A DNA stretch of 64,000 nucleotides, from positions 644,304,001-644,368,000 of the forward strand of contig NC_091285.1 in assembly GCF_032444005.1 (NCBI RefSeq), read 5' to 3'. This DNA is from Ranitomeya imitator. Its lineage: Eukaryota. Below, piece after piece: positions 1 through 12,251 of the stretch. Both the position numbers and the translations under genes were made by a program. Position 1 is the stretch's first letter. Each line of letters starts with the position of its first letter. The notes below the pieces were generated by a model. The model ran no database searches and was not told the DNA's origin. It saw nothing but the letters and a program-made list of their open reading frames with translations.

Positions 1-923
1 CACGGAGGCACATCACTGGCCGTTTATGGTATTAACTTGTCCCAGTCCCTGGCAGGTCATCCCTTTAATCCAGACTTAGTTGACTGCCCGCTTTACAAAT
101 ATTTGAAAATCCCAGGATGTGATTTTAGATATCCATCCTTGTCATTGTACCGATCTCCCGCCTTCCTGGCTCAGGTGTGTGAAGGTCCCTCCCTTCCACC
201 GGCCAGGTGTCACTGCCTCTCTGCTCACATACCTGTCCCACCCTCTCTCTACGCATATCTCATGCAGTCTGCTACATTATCCTCCTCAACCCTCCAGCTC
301 TTCCTTTTTCTAACCTTGCAGAGTCAGGTTACACAACGTAGAAGAGTAAAAGGTCCACTGAACAGGTTTGACACACACATAACTAGTCTACGACCATTAT
401 ATAATTGACCTCTAAGCTGGGGACCGTCCGGCCTGGAACCCATCCTGGATTCTGCAACTGTAAAACACCCGTCAGCCACTGTGTCTTGCCGTCATGTACT
501 ACACACTTCCTTTCAGCTCTTGCAAAATCTATCATCTGCTGTTATTGTTCTTCTCAGGAGCTTGAAGTAGGTACAAGTAATGAAGGAGACCAAACAATCA
601 CTCTGGCCCAAACCCAAAACGCCCTCAATCCATATCCCCAAGATAACAAATATCAGAGTACTGAGTATTATATATTTTTTATTAAGGTCTAAAAAAACAA
701 CACTTCAAGGTCAGTGAGGACCTTCATCTTTAGAGAAATGTCCGTCAACAGATCCCCTGTATCACCCTGGAAACAAACTCCAGGTGACATCACAAAGAAG
801 ATAAACTCCACTCAGTGAGGTCAGCGATAGTGGAGCACAAAAGCTAGAACTGCAGTGGCCTAGGTTGAAGGCACTTCTGGTCCCACGTACAAGGAACATC
901 TAAGCTCTAGGACAATACTCGGG

Positions 924-1622
924 GTGAAGATGGTTGTGGTAGAATACTGCAATCGCACAAATCCTCAAGTGCCAAACTTTACTGGGGTGTCCATGCCTAA
1001 AACAGCAATACACATCTTGAGCATCTATCGAATCATGGAAACTTCTGCCACCTCAAACCCACACACTCAACCACAAAGACTTTGGACAAGAAGTCAAGTT
1101 GAAGGCCACCAAGAACAGAATCCTGAAAGCAAATCGGTAACTAGAGACCATCTGAAAAGAAAGCTGAAATCTGCACTTGATAACCCTCCGCTTAAGAAGA
1201 CCATCTTGGATTCGAACACCCGCAAGAAACATGAAGAAGAGATGGGTAAGATAAGATCAGATTATTACCTCAGGAGCACCCATGCTAGATCCAGGCATAA
1301 TAGCAAGTCTAGAACTTATTCAGCTCAGTCCACAAGTGGAACAAAATCACCAGCGAAATCCAAGAAACATGCAAAAGTTAGAACAAGAAAGAAAAGTCCA
1401 ACCAAACGCAAGGCTGCAAGACTGATAAAGAAATCTAAGACTCCAGTGAGAACAATCAGACGAAAAGGATGGAAGGACTGTTCTACACAGAAGGACAACA
1501 TACCAGCTGTTCCAGATGGTGCTGCACTTCCAAGATGGTTAATGTTTCTCAACCCGTTAATGGACATAAAATTGAATTTCAGTGAGCTCCTAGATCCATC
1601 AACGTGGACATGGAAGTTATAA
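924..1622 (+). CDS. Unassigned Lys/Arg/Ser-rich ORF (232 codons); possible terminal exon, retrocopy or pseudogene
   Basis: Frame is open from 864 to the stop at 1620-1622, with first ATG at 930. It has a basic central region (KSKKHAKVRTRKKSPTKRKAAR) and a hydrophobic/Trp-rich C-terminus. AATAAA at 1713-1718 and an A20 run at 1757-1776 follow. No family recognised. Confidence 0.35.
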   Translation: MKMVVVEYCNRTNPQVPNFTGVSMPKTAIHILSIYRIMETSATSNPHTQPQRLWTRSQVEGHQEQNPESKSVTRDHLKRKLKSALDNPPLKKTILDSNTRKKHEEEMGKIRSDYYLRSTHARSRHNSKSRTYSAQSTSGTKSPAKSKKHAKVRTRKKSPTKRKAARLIKKSKTPVRTIRRKGWKDCSTQKDNIPAVPDGAALPRWLMFLNPLMDIKLNFSELLDPSTWTWKL

Positions 1623-2077
1623 GTGTCCCTCGGTGTGATACCAGCAATACTCATTCTTCCTAAGGTGTTTAGAATCAAGGGAAAATGACAACATCCAAGT
1701 GTCTGGTAACTGAATAAACAATAACAGCATGGAATTACTTTCTGAATTCTGTTTCTAAAAAAAAAAAAAAAAAAAAGCAATTTACTTTTAGAACATGAAT
1801 TGTCCCTAAAGAAGAAAAGAAAAAATTATTTTTTTTGTAAATATGCAAAATAGACAACATACAGTATAGATCTTTATTAGCACATGGCAGAGATGTGATC
1901 ACGTAGCCCATAAGTAAAATCAGAAGTGTAAAAACAAACAAGAAGAGGTACGGTAGACTCTGAAGGGCGCTGTTCAGTGGAGTAATATATCTGTAAGCTT
2001 GACCCCAAATGTTGTATTGACTTAAAGGGTTATCTCCCTTTTAATCAATTATGGAATCAACATAGAATACGTGTTAA

Positions 2078-2566
2078 AGCGCATTGGTCAGTAAACTCAA
2101 CCCTCCTAAGCCGCCTATATGGGCATACAGGTCATAGAAAGATGAATAAAATGATATCTTGAGATCTGCGAGCTGATGTCTTATTCCACATTTTTCTTAA
2201 TATGTAAATGAGCTGTTAAGTTCTATGGGCCGGACATTGATCTCCCAGAGAATCTGCCTCCAGAGATTATATTAAATAAAATGGGATGTTACCAGTGTGA
2301 GACATGTAGATAAGGAGACCAGACTGTCAGTCATTCCATGTTCTCACACTGGTAACATCCAATTTCATTGAAAACAAGCTCTGGAGGCAGATTCCCAGGG
2401 AGATCTATGACCGGCCCATAGATCTTAACAACTCATTTTCATATTAAGAAAAATTTGGAATAAGACATCAGATCGCATATATCAAGATATCATTTTAGTC
2501 AACTTTCTATGACCTACATACCCATATAAAAAGCTTAGGAAGGTTGAACTTATTGACAGATTTCTT
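2078..2566. mobile_element. TTAA-flanked palindromic MITE (T2/Kolobok-like)
   Basis: Long imperfect inverted arms (e.g. gatgttaccagtgtgagacatg / catgttctcacactggtaacatc) around a ~30-bp loop near 2310-2337; TTAA at both ends. Confidence 0.7.
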
Positions 2567-2570
2567 TTAA

Positions 2571-3019
2571 AGAAGCATTCCTCCTCCCATCAAAGTTTTT
2601 ATCCTCTTAATATATTGCAGTCTTCATATTATATAGCACTGTGTACTTACAATTGCTCATTTTGTCTTTCTATTCTGCTAATTCTTCGCTTTTCCATTAG
2701 GTCCATGACATCACGTGATAAAAATCTGACTAGCTGAATCCTTCTAAGCTCTGCATAGAAACAGGAGGTCAATTATCCTTGTATGAGTTATGAGTCACTG
2801 CAAAAATCTATGGCAAAGGGGAGGAGTGGAGCAATTGAGTCAGGAATTGACGAGAGTGAAGACTCATGCAGGGAAAAGAAACATCCTGTTTCTACATAAA
2901 GCAAAGAATAAAGAATTAACTAGGTAGAAAGGCAAAATGAGCAATTGTAAGTAGTACACAGTGCTATATGATGACTGCAATGTATTAAAGAGTATACAAA
3001 CTTTGATGGGAGTGCTCCT
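2571..3019. mobile_element. TTAA-flanked palindromic MITE (T2/Kolobok-like)
   Basis: Inverted termini ttaaAG..cccatcaaag / ctttgatgggagtgctcCTttaa, with long internal arm complementarity; shares the TTAA at 2567-2570 with the previous MITE. Confidence 0.75.
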
Positions 3020-3557
3020 TTAAATGCTTAAAATTGAGGAGGCAGAGACCCTCACTCATCAGAAGAGGGGTCATGCCCCTGTAATTTCAGTCTCCAAGGT
3101 TAATGGAAAGGTGACCATACAATAATAGATAAAATCCTAGACAGGGCTCAAAATGGATCAGTAATAGGATGTTCATTAAGGCAAAGGCACATATTACGTT
3201 TGTAGCCATAAGCTCCGGAGGCATGTGCCTGAACTTGGCCACACTCAGGATAGAATACGAAGCCTTTGACCACCATATGGACCCATAGCACAGAAATGGA
3301 GACCTCATAGTATGTTTCTGCACAGTGTCACCCTGTATAGGAAAGCGCAGTCTGCTGATCTATCCTATAAATAAAACCGTATACAGATGCAAACCTGCCA
3401 GTCGGAGGCCCGAAAGAACACACTTTCGGCCTCCGTCTGGTGAATGAGGACCTTTGGGAATGTTACTGTATAGCTCTGGAAAAGCTCCTGCCGTATAACG
3501 AAGGCTAAGAGCACATGACGTGTCCACTCAGTAAGAAATATCACAATGCTAAATGTA

Positions 3558-5196
3558 CAGTTATATGAAAAAGTTTGGGCTCCCCTATTAATCTTAAGCT
3601 TAAGGTTTTATAAAAATTGTTTTTTTTTTTGCAACAGCCATTTCAGTTTCATATATCTAATAACTGTTGGACACAGTAATGTTTCTGCCTTGAAATGAGG
3701 TTTATTGTACTAACAGAAAATGTGCAATCTGCATTCAAACAAAATTTGACAGGTGCATAAGTATGGGCACCCTTATCACGTTCTTGTTTTAAATACTCCT
3801 ACCTACTTTTTACTGACTTTCTAAAGCACTTTTTTGGGGTTTTTCTAACCTCATTGAGCTTTGAACTTCATAGCCAGGTGTATGCAATCATGATAAAAGC
3901 TACTTAAAGTGGCCACTTGCAAGTTGTTCTCCTGTTTGAATCTCCTCTGAAGAGTGGCATCATGGGCTCCTCAAAACAACTGTCTAATGATCTGAAAACA
4001 AAGATTATTCAACATAGTTGTTCTGGGGAAGGATACAAAAAGCTGTCTCAGAGATTTAACCTGTCAATTTCCACTGTGAGGAACATAGTAAGGAAATGGA
4101 AGAACACTGGTACAGTTCTTGTTAAGGCCAGAAGTGGCAGGCCAAGAAAAACATCAGAAAGGCAGAGAAGAATGGTGAGATCAGTGAAGGACAATCCTCA
4201 GACCACCTCCAGAGAGCTGCAGCATCAACTTGCTGCAGATGGTGTCACTGTGCATCGGTCAACTATACAACGCACTTTACACAAGGAGAAGATGTATGGG
4301 AAAGTGATGCGAAAGAAGCCGTTTCTGCAGGCACGCCAAAAACAGAGTAGGCTGAGGTATGCAAAAGCACATTTGGAGAAGCCAATTTCTTTTTGGAAGA
4401 ACGTCCTGTGGACTGATGAAACCAAGATTGAGTTGTTTGGTCATACAAAAAGGCGTTATGCATGGCGGCCAAAAAACACAGCATTCCAAGAAAAACACTT
4501 GCTACCCACAGTAAAATTTGGTGGAGGTTCCATCATGCTTTGGGGCTGTGTGGCCAATGCCGGCACCAGGAATCTTGTTAAAGCTGAGGGACGCATGGAT
4601 TCCTCTCAGTATCAGCAGATTCTTGACAATAATGTTCATGAATCAGTGACAAAGGTGAAGTTACGCAGGGGATGGATCTTTCAGCAAGACAATGATCCAA
4701 AACACCGCTCCAAATCTACTCAGGCATTCATGCAGAGGAACAATTACACTGTTCTGGAATGGCCATCCTAGTCCTCAGACCTGAATATCATTGAACATCT
4801 GTGGATCATTTGAAGAGGGCTGTCCATGCTCGGCGACCATCAAACTTAACTGGAATTGTTTTGTAAAGAGAAATGGTCAAAAATACCTTCATCCAGGAAC
4901 TCATTAAAAGCTACAGGAAGTGACTAGAGGCGGTTATTTTTGCAAAAGGAGGATCTACTAAATATTAATGTCACTTTTCTGGTGGGGTGCCCATACTTAT
5001 GCACCTGTCAAATTTTGTTTGAATGCAGATTGCACATTTACTGTTAGTACGATAAACCTCATTTCAAGGCAGAAACATTACTGTGTCCAACAGTTACTAG
5101 ATATATGAAACTGAAATAGCTGTTGCAAAAAAACAATTTTTATAAAACATTTAAGCTTAAGATTAATAGGGGTGCCCAAACTTTTTCATATAACTG
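3558..5196 (+). mobile_element. Tc1/mariner DNA transposon, full length, IR/DR type, defective transposase
   Basis: TA-flanked CAGTTATATGAAAAAG...CTTTTTCATATAACTG, with ~215-bp TIRs (3558-3772 / 4985-5196). Transposase starts at ATG 3962 and has WTDETK, QQDNDPKH and WPS*SPDLNIIE motifs; premature TAG at 4769-4771 and a downstream frameshift. Confidence 0.95.
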
Positions 5197-5799
5197 TATA
5201 TATACATATCCAGAGATCCACTTTAACCATTTCAGTTAAACCCGAGCTATTCAGGTATGGGTCAGAACATTGAGATTCCATAACTAAATTTGGACATTTC
5301 CACACAAGCTGTTAGGAGAATGTTGCCTTCAGCCATCTCATCTCATCCCACCTCCCCCCACCCGAAACAAAAGAATGTTATACGTACCGAAACGCCCTGT
5401 AACTTGGCAGAGCCAAAGCTTTCTGGTCTTTGCACTTTTTACTTCATAAGGAAGGTGAGGGGGCTGGGAAATTCACTTATACCATAAAGTTTGTACTTCC
5501 TGTCCTTGAAGGAGCAGGAAGGAGTTAACCCCTGAAGCCCCACAGTTCTCATTGGTCTAGGGAGGCTGTAGAAACAGACTCTCTGCATACAGAGTCTAAA
5601 TGTTCCATCAGAGGTACACCCTGCGAAGATTACCGGATGTTTACTATGAATACTCCAACGTGAAAAGTATATCGACCCTCAAACATCTAGAGGGCTCCAT
5701 TCCCCCTGACACTGGCCAGGAGAGGTTTTTTTGCCTACATCAAGTGAACAAAGCCCTATGGATAAGTCTTTGAAAGCATTTGTTTTCAACATTTTCTCC

Positions 5800-6240
5800 A
5801 CTGAAGCCTAAAACTTTTGCACAGTACAGTATGTATATGTTAATGATTTACTTTTATCAATTAACAAAATGCATAGCATGAACTAAAGGGAAATCTAAAT
5901 CAAATCAGTATTTGGTGTGACCGCCCTTTGAATTCAAAACAGCATCAATTCTTCCAGGTACACTTTTTCACTTACAGTCTTGAAGGAACTTGGCAGGGAG
6001 GTTGTTCCAAACACCTTGGAGAATAAACCACAGATCTTCTGTGGACTTTGCTTGCTCAAATCCTTCTGTCTCCGTGTGTAATCCCAGACTCGAAGTGAGG
6101 CCCATATCATCACTTTCAGGACTCCTTGTTCTTCTTTACACTGAAGATGCTTCATGACATTGGCTGTATGTTTGGGGTCGTCGTTCTACTGCATTAGAAA
6201 TTTGAAGCCAAATCAGATACCTCCTTGAAGGGGTTGCAAT
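5800..6240 (-). mobile_element. Degraded Tc1-like fragment (transposase 3' end)
   Basis: Minus-strand remnant resembling a Tc1 C-terminus (WGLFSKVFGTTSLPSSFKT...), plus terminal-repeat-like sequence. Confidence 0.5.
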
Positions 6241-6686
6241 GAACAAGGACTCCTTGGAGCTGAAGGTCATGGACACAGTCCAGAAGAGGGCAAGCATGCA
6301 AGGTCAAGCCTTCCTTGCATCATTTGCTTGATCAAGGTCAAGTCTTTGGACAGGACAAAGTAAAGAACCTGTATGGGGACAGGGAGGCAAATTTGATCTA
6401 GTAATCCAGAGAGATCACCTCCCTATCTCCAGCGTCGTCCATGTGAGCCATTACCACACCGGAGAAGATAAGAGTAATTGAGGACCTAGGTTTTTTCCTG
6501 GGACATGGGTGCCTGGAAGGTTTGGGTTTAAAACGAGGGTTGCTTGCAGTTTGTGGGGGGGAGGCAGGTCGGGAGGACTCGTTGCCCCTTCAGGAAGAGG
6601 ATTTGCGTAAGGAGTGAAATCTCTGGGAGCATTTAGATGGCAAGGAGTGAGTGTTCTAGGTGAACAGAGCATTCCTTCCCTACAGT

Positions 6687-7732
6687 CAGGGCTGTGGAGT
6701 CGGTAAGCCACAGTTGCGACTCCGACTCCTGGATTTTATCAGGTTCCGACTCCATAAATGGCCAATTCGTAACAATAAATTTACGGTTGTCAAATATTAA
6801 CATCGTGCTTATTCAGTTTCTCACCATCATATAAGTAATCAGACCACTTAGAGCAAAAACTATATTTATTAGAATACAATTAGAATATAGCAAATAACTT
6901 TTATAAACTCTTGTAAGTAAATATGCAATAAACACTGTTATGCAGTTAATAAGAAGAAATCTATAAATTTGTCCTCAGAAAAAGTATTGCCTCTGTCAGA
7001 TCCTCCTTCATGGGTGCCCTGATCTTGGCTTCACAGCATTTGTTTTCGTCTGGATCATTTGTCATACACTGACAGACATAATGTTTTCTATCTTGAGTGA
7101 TGGTGAAATGTTCAAATACAGCTGATTTAATGTGACGCTTCTTTGACATTCTCAGGTTTTTAATTCTGCATTCACAATCCAAATGACCATTGTTTTTCCT
7201 AAAAACAATTGTACAAAATTATTGCCAGGTCGTACAACTGATATAGTGGTCAGTAATACTGTTATTCCTCATGTACTCACAGTTAACTGATGCAAAGTTT
7301 GTTGAAAGGATATTACTTCTTACAGTCTTCCTCTTCTGAGTAGCAGCTGTGAGATGCTTGGAAGACGCACACCAAACATCTAGTCTAGAGGAGGAGCTTT
7401 ACTACTAAGAATTTGCAACACATTTTCACTTTCAGTTTCATACATTGTAAGTAGGGGGGTTGGGGCAGCATGAGGTTAACCAAGTATAAGATTAGATAAG
7501 GGCAGTGGAGAACCGTGACACACAAGAAGTAAGAAATGTCTATCTCCAGCAGAACTGCTTATCACTGTTGTTCATAGTTTGATAGAACATATATATTTGA
7601 GTAACATTTATAAAATTCATATGAAAGTTCAATTATGAAATATTAATACTTTTTTTTAAAGCTGGAGTCGGAGTCGGTACATTTCTTCCGACTCAGACTC
7701 CAACCAAAACGAACTCCGACTCCACAGCCCTG
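6687..7732 (-). mobile_element. Non-autonomous hAT element retaining a BED zinc-finger remnant
   Basis: 17-bp TIRs CAGGGCTGTGGAGTCGG / CCGACTCCACAGCCCTG; perfect 8-bp TSD cctacagt (6679-6686, 7733-7740); subterminal GACTCC repeats; minus-strand ORF 6961-7182 with SAVFEHF...YVCQC...KCCEAKI. Confidence 0.9.
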
Positions 7733-7863
7733 CCTACAGTAGCATCTCTGCCGACTTCATCAAGGCATTTTTCAGCGAGAAAACAGAGGCAAATGTTCCA
7801 GCTCCTTAAAATAATTTCTTTATTTTTCAGCGATTAAAACATGTCGATAGGCAGAATCCCCAG

Positions 7864-8015
7864 TGGATGTTAATGTCCACCAATCGAACACTGACAGTCC
7901 AGCGACGCGTTTCGATCTTATGGCGGATCTTTGTAACAGCTGTGACAAAGATCCGCCATAGGATCGAAACGCGTCGCTGGGCTGTCAGTGTTCGATTGGT
8001 GTACATTAACATCCA
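7864..8015. repeat. 152-bp spacerless palindrome, Penelope terminal-repeat-like
   Basis: Two 76-bp arms with 4 mismatches, centred on cag|ctg (7939/7940). Each arm carries GATCC-gccata-(G/A)GATC-GAAACGCGTC. Confidence 0.85.
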
Positions 8016-8379
8016 TGATTGGGCATGCACTGGGAGCAAAGGAAACCTGGATGACCGCATAGTAGGCTTTTTTTTCCAGCAATGTGGGCAAACAAAATAG
8101 GTGGCCAATGCAACAAGGGGGAATCTTACTGGAAGAGACCATGACACCTGGAAAAAAAAGAAAAAACAAGAATGGTCCCAAAAGGGCAACTACAGATATC
8201 AAGTAAGGTTGGTTCAAGAGTGGTGTCCCCAATTGATACAGATGGTCGAGAGGAGGCTGGAGCTGTAGACCTCAGATGCAGAGAAGTCACCATGACTGGA
8301 CTGGAAATGAGGAAGACTTCAGGAAAAAAAAAGAAACCCTTTCACAATATATAACACCGATTGATATGAAAGATTCTGG

Positions 8380-8800
8380 CCTACCCCAAGCAAGGAGGAT
8401 GGTCAGGAGAACAAACCGTCCAGACAGTGGAACAAAAGTTGTATCCTAGGTACAAGAGAAGCTGCAGCCTTGATTAAATCAGGCAACCCACTGGAGTAGA
8501 TGTTAGGGAAGGGAAAACAACTTTGGAACAGTATGTGCCAGGGAGGCTCCAGAGGGTCCCCCAGGAGCAGAAAAATCCCCTCAAAAGTTACATAAAGGCA
8601 CTATAAGCTGGTGGTTAGACCCAAGAAAATGCCTGTAAAGTAAAATAAGAGATCCAAAGAGGTGACCGCTCACGGGGAATAAATAGAAGGGTCAATCCTC
8701 CAAGAAAAGGGGCCCTAGAAGCCCCTAGGCTAAAAAGAAGAGTGGAATAGCATGGAAGGAGTGAAGGAATTATACTCAATCTTACGACACCCAAAAAGTC
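8380..8800 (-). mobile_element. Highly degraded DIRS-like reverse transcriptase remnant (full extent probably larger, ~6.3-10 kb)
   Basis: Minus-strand frameshifted motifs occur in the expected DIRS order: YSTL(F), GGFRP-like, QALPFGLTTA-like, QLLLYLG. Confidence 0.45.
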
Positions 8801-10236
8801 ACACCTTTGGTAACTTCACAGGATTATGGGGTCATCAGCACATCTTAGAAGACAGTTGACCTGTGTACTTTGGAGTGGATGGTGTTTCTTCCAATGGGGT
8901 AAAGAAAAAAAATTATGAAGAACATTTGCACAACCTATATATAAAAAATTGCAGAAGACAAGTTGTGTCTCCTCCTACGTACAATAGGCTACAACTAAGC
9001 TGCTTGGTGTCGGAGGAGACGGTATGGTCCATTAGGTGAAGTCAACACTATTTCACCTACAGTTGAGCCCCTAGTAGACGGTAGTACACCCATGGTCCTG
9101 TGCCCCCCAAATGCTATTAGAGAGATAATGTGATTCATAAGATCAGGATGCCTTTTTGCTTAGCTTTATAGTCCAGTTCTGGAGAGCACATGCCCATTGT
9201 AGACACTTTCTGTGGTGGAAAGGGATCGGAATGGATACTTTGACCGATTTGCAAGTACACAGCAAGCTGCAATTCTCCGCAGTTCCAGACATCTTTCTAT
9301 TACAGCCATTTTTTTTAGGGCTACATTACCTCTTCTATGGGATCAGAGCAAAAGATCTAGCTTTCACTCCCCCACATCAGTCAGCCTTGTGCCCCCCTGA
9401 TCCTGGTTCCTTAGTTCTCCTTTCTTGGACTTCTTTTGTTAATCATTATCCAAGACTTCTGATATTGGAGACGTTTTGACCCAGTTGACTAGCCGTCACA
9501 ATTTGGACCTTGTCAAGAGTCTTTCAGTTCTTTATGCTTGCCCATTTTTCTTGCTTCCAACAGATCAACTTTAAGAACGGACTGTTCACTAGCCAACTAA
9601 TAAATCCCCTCTCCCATGCCATGATCGCGAGATAATTAATGCTATTCATTGACCGACGCCATGGCTGTAAGATAATCAATGCTATACATTTCAGTGGTTG
9701 TAAATAACTTCCATACACACCAAGTCTGGTTGATATACATTTGCCATTTAAATCCTGTCTCTGTGTGAGTGCAGCTATATCCGGAGGTAGGAATATTTTT
9801 GGTACATGTGTACATTTCCTGTTGTGCATACATGAAAATCCAGTGGCTGGAGGTGCTGGGGTAGTAACATTCAAGATGGGAGGAAGCAATGAAAGGGTGC
9901 AGACATGAAGCCCAATGACATGTATTATCGGAAGGGTGTAGAATATGGCAACTATACACACCACGGTGCAGAAGTGAGTGTCAGAAGAAGCATGTAGCCC
10001 TTGCACCGAGCTGCGTTCCTCTTTGGTCCTTACTACATATTCACTCCATGCTAAACTTCATGATCAAGGCTCTTGGTTTAGCACGTAATTTACTTTGCCA
10101 AAACTATGTAGATGCTAGGGAAAAAAAAAAATTTAAAATCCTATCTATATGGGCTTCTTAAATGCCCTGAACATTACTATGGAGTTAGTCCACTGGATAA
10201 TGGCTAGCCTAATATTACTGAGGACCGGTACCGATT

Positions 10237-10537
10237 AGTGATGAGCAAACGTGCTGGGATAAGGTGTTATCTGAGCATGCTCCGGTGCTAACAGAGTGTT
10301 CGGGGTGCTGGAAAAATATGTTCAGAGTCCCTGCGGCTGCATGTCTCGGTGCTGTTCGATAGATGCAACACATGCAGGGATTGCCTAACAGACAATCCCT
10401 GCATATATTTTGGCTGTCGAACAGCACCGAGGCATGCAGCTACGGGAACTCAAACATTTTTACAGCAACCAGAATACACTGTTAAGCACCGGAGCATGCT
10501 CAGATAATACCTTATCCCAGCACGTTTGCTCATTACT
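10237..10537. mobile_element. Palindromic MITE
   Basis: Termini agtgatgagcaaacgtgctgggataaggtgttatctgagcatgct / agcatgctcagataataccttatcccagcacgtttgctcattact; a partial copy lies near 42030-42095. Confidence 0.8.
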
Positions 10538-10552
10538 GATTGCTACCTTTAA

Positions 10553-10959
10553 CCCCTGTCATATGATGTACAGTTATATCATACACTGGCTCTCTGACTT
10601 TTTGATGCAGGCTCGCAAGCTGAGCTTGCATCTTTCGCGGCAAATGATGGCTGTGTTATTCAGCCATCATCTGCCTCTAACAGCCCATTGGAGCGACATA
10701 AAGCGATCATGAGGCGGCGATGGGTTGCCCTGACGGCCTGAGGTCTGCTAAATACCCCCGTGCCTGTCATTAAGATTCTCCTGTGAAAGCTAGACTGTGG
10801 ATGAAATTCATGATACTGTGATTTTTGTTTTATATAACAGTACTGTAGTATTGCTGTGTATAGTACAAACAACATAATGGTCGCTGGGTCATGTCCCCTA
10901 AGGGACTAACAAGTACAGTAGAAAGTAAAAAAAGTTTACTAATATGAGAGAAAAAAATA

Positions 10960-10998
<39 letters not shown>

Positions 10999-11500
10999 TA
11001 TATACATATATATACATATATATACACACACGCAATTATAATGTATGTGTGTGTGTGTGCGCCAGCTAAGGGGCACAAACAGGTCCTCAGACAGCTCCTT
11101 CGACCAAAAATTGAAAACGTTCCGGGTCTCCGAAAGTAGCGACACAAACTTTTTTTTTTGTAATTGCAGTAACTTGGAGAATCATATTCCCAGGTCAACT
11201 TTACCACATAGTGAACATGATAAATAATACAAAAAAAAAAAAATAATACACAATTGTGGAATTGCACTTTTTTTGCATTTTTGCCACACTTTAAATTTTT
11301 TTTCCATTCTCTAGTACATCACGTGGTAAAATGAATGGAGTCATAGAAAAGTACAACTCGTCCCACAGAGCAAGGCCTCATATGGGTATGTGGACGGAAA
11401 ACTAAAAAAAAAAAAGTTTGTCTCTTGGAATAAAGGGATGAAAAATGTAAATACAAAAATGCAAAATCGCCCAGTCGGGAAGAGGCAAATATTAACTGGT
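10553..11500 (+). mobile_element. Partial piggyBac-like (ttaa|CCCC) non-autonomous element
   Basis: Starts ttaacccc and shares internal sequence with the 46926-48204 and 15909-17156 copies; contains (TA)n/(TG)n at ~10968-11060. Confidence 0.55.
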
Positions 11501-11544
11501 CGCAGGCCACGTGATTTCACGTATGGAGCTATTCAGTCTTCTGC

Positions 11545-11858
11545 CCCAATATGTAGTAGGTGTAATAATAATAATATTAGCAAATACCTCCAATTAGAAA
11601 TGGAGTATAGTTCTCCTGATAGCCTATGTTGCTTACCCCATGTGCAGGGTATTGTAGTAGCTTAGGTATCCATGGTTATGACAACTCAGTGATCGTAACT
11701 ATGGATACCTAAGCTACTGCAATGCCCTGCACATGGGGTAAGTGACATAACGAATCAGAAAAACTATACCACATTTCTAATTGGAGGTATTTGTTAATAT
11801 TATTATTATTACACCTACTACATATTGGGATAGGATCTTACAGATGATAATACCCCTG
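11545..11858. mobile_element. T2/Kolobok-like MITE (family also at 14030-17215 and 52943-53310)
   Basis: Palindromic ccaatatgtagtaggtgtaataata...tattattacacctactacatattggg, matching the 52943-53310 copy. Confidence 0.75.
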
Positions 11859-12245
11859 TAAGTCATAGTGGCAGAGGTGCAGTACCACTCAGAGTCTGTA
11901 GATGGCGTTTTTGGAAGAAAGCAGCCATTTTTCTAATATTGGACAATGCCTTTTTCTCTGGCAACCCTCGCTGCTCTTCCATTTCTGTCAGTTTGGCTGT
12001 AATTCTGGAGTTATTGGAGCCAGACAGGTTACTAGGGGGCATTGAGAACTTTGTGGTTGCTATGCAGTTTTTCCCTAGAAACTAAACTTTTGGATCTAAC
12101 AAAGCTGGATTTTCACAGGCTGACGAAGAGAAGGTCAGCAGCATTAGCGGCAATCATGCCCAGCATTCATCGGCTGCCATGTATAGAGACATTCTGGTGG
12201 AAGGAGATTGAGGGACAGATTGTATTTTTTTTCCCCCCAAGATAT

Positions 12246-12251
12246 TTTATT
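12246..12251 (-). promoter_or_regulatory. Candidate gpat4 polyadenylation signal (AATAAA)
   Basis: tttatt on the + strand ~850 nt downstream of the gpat4 stop codon. Confidence 0.45.
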
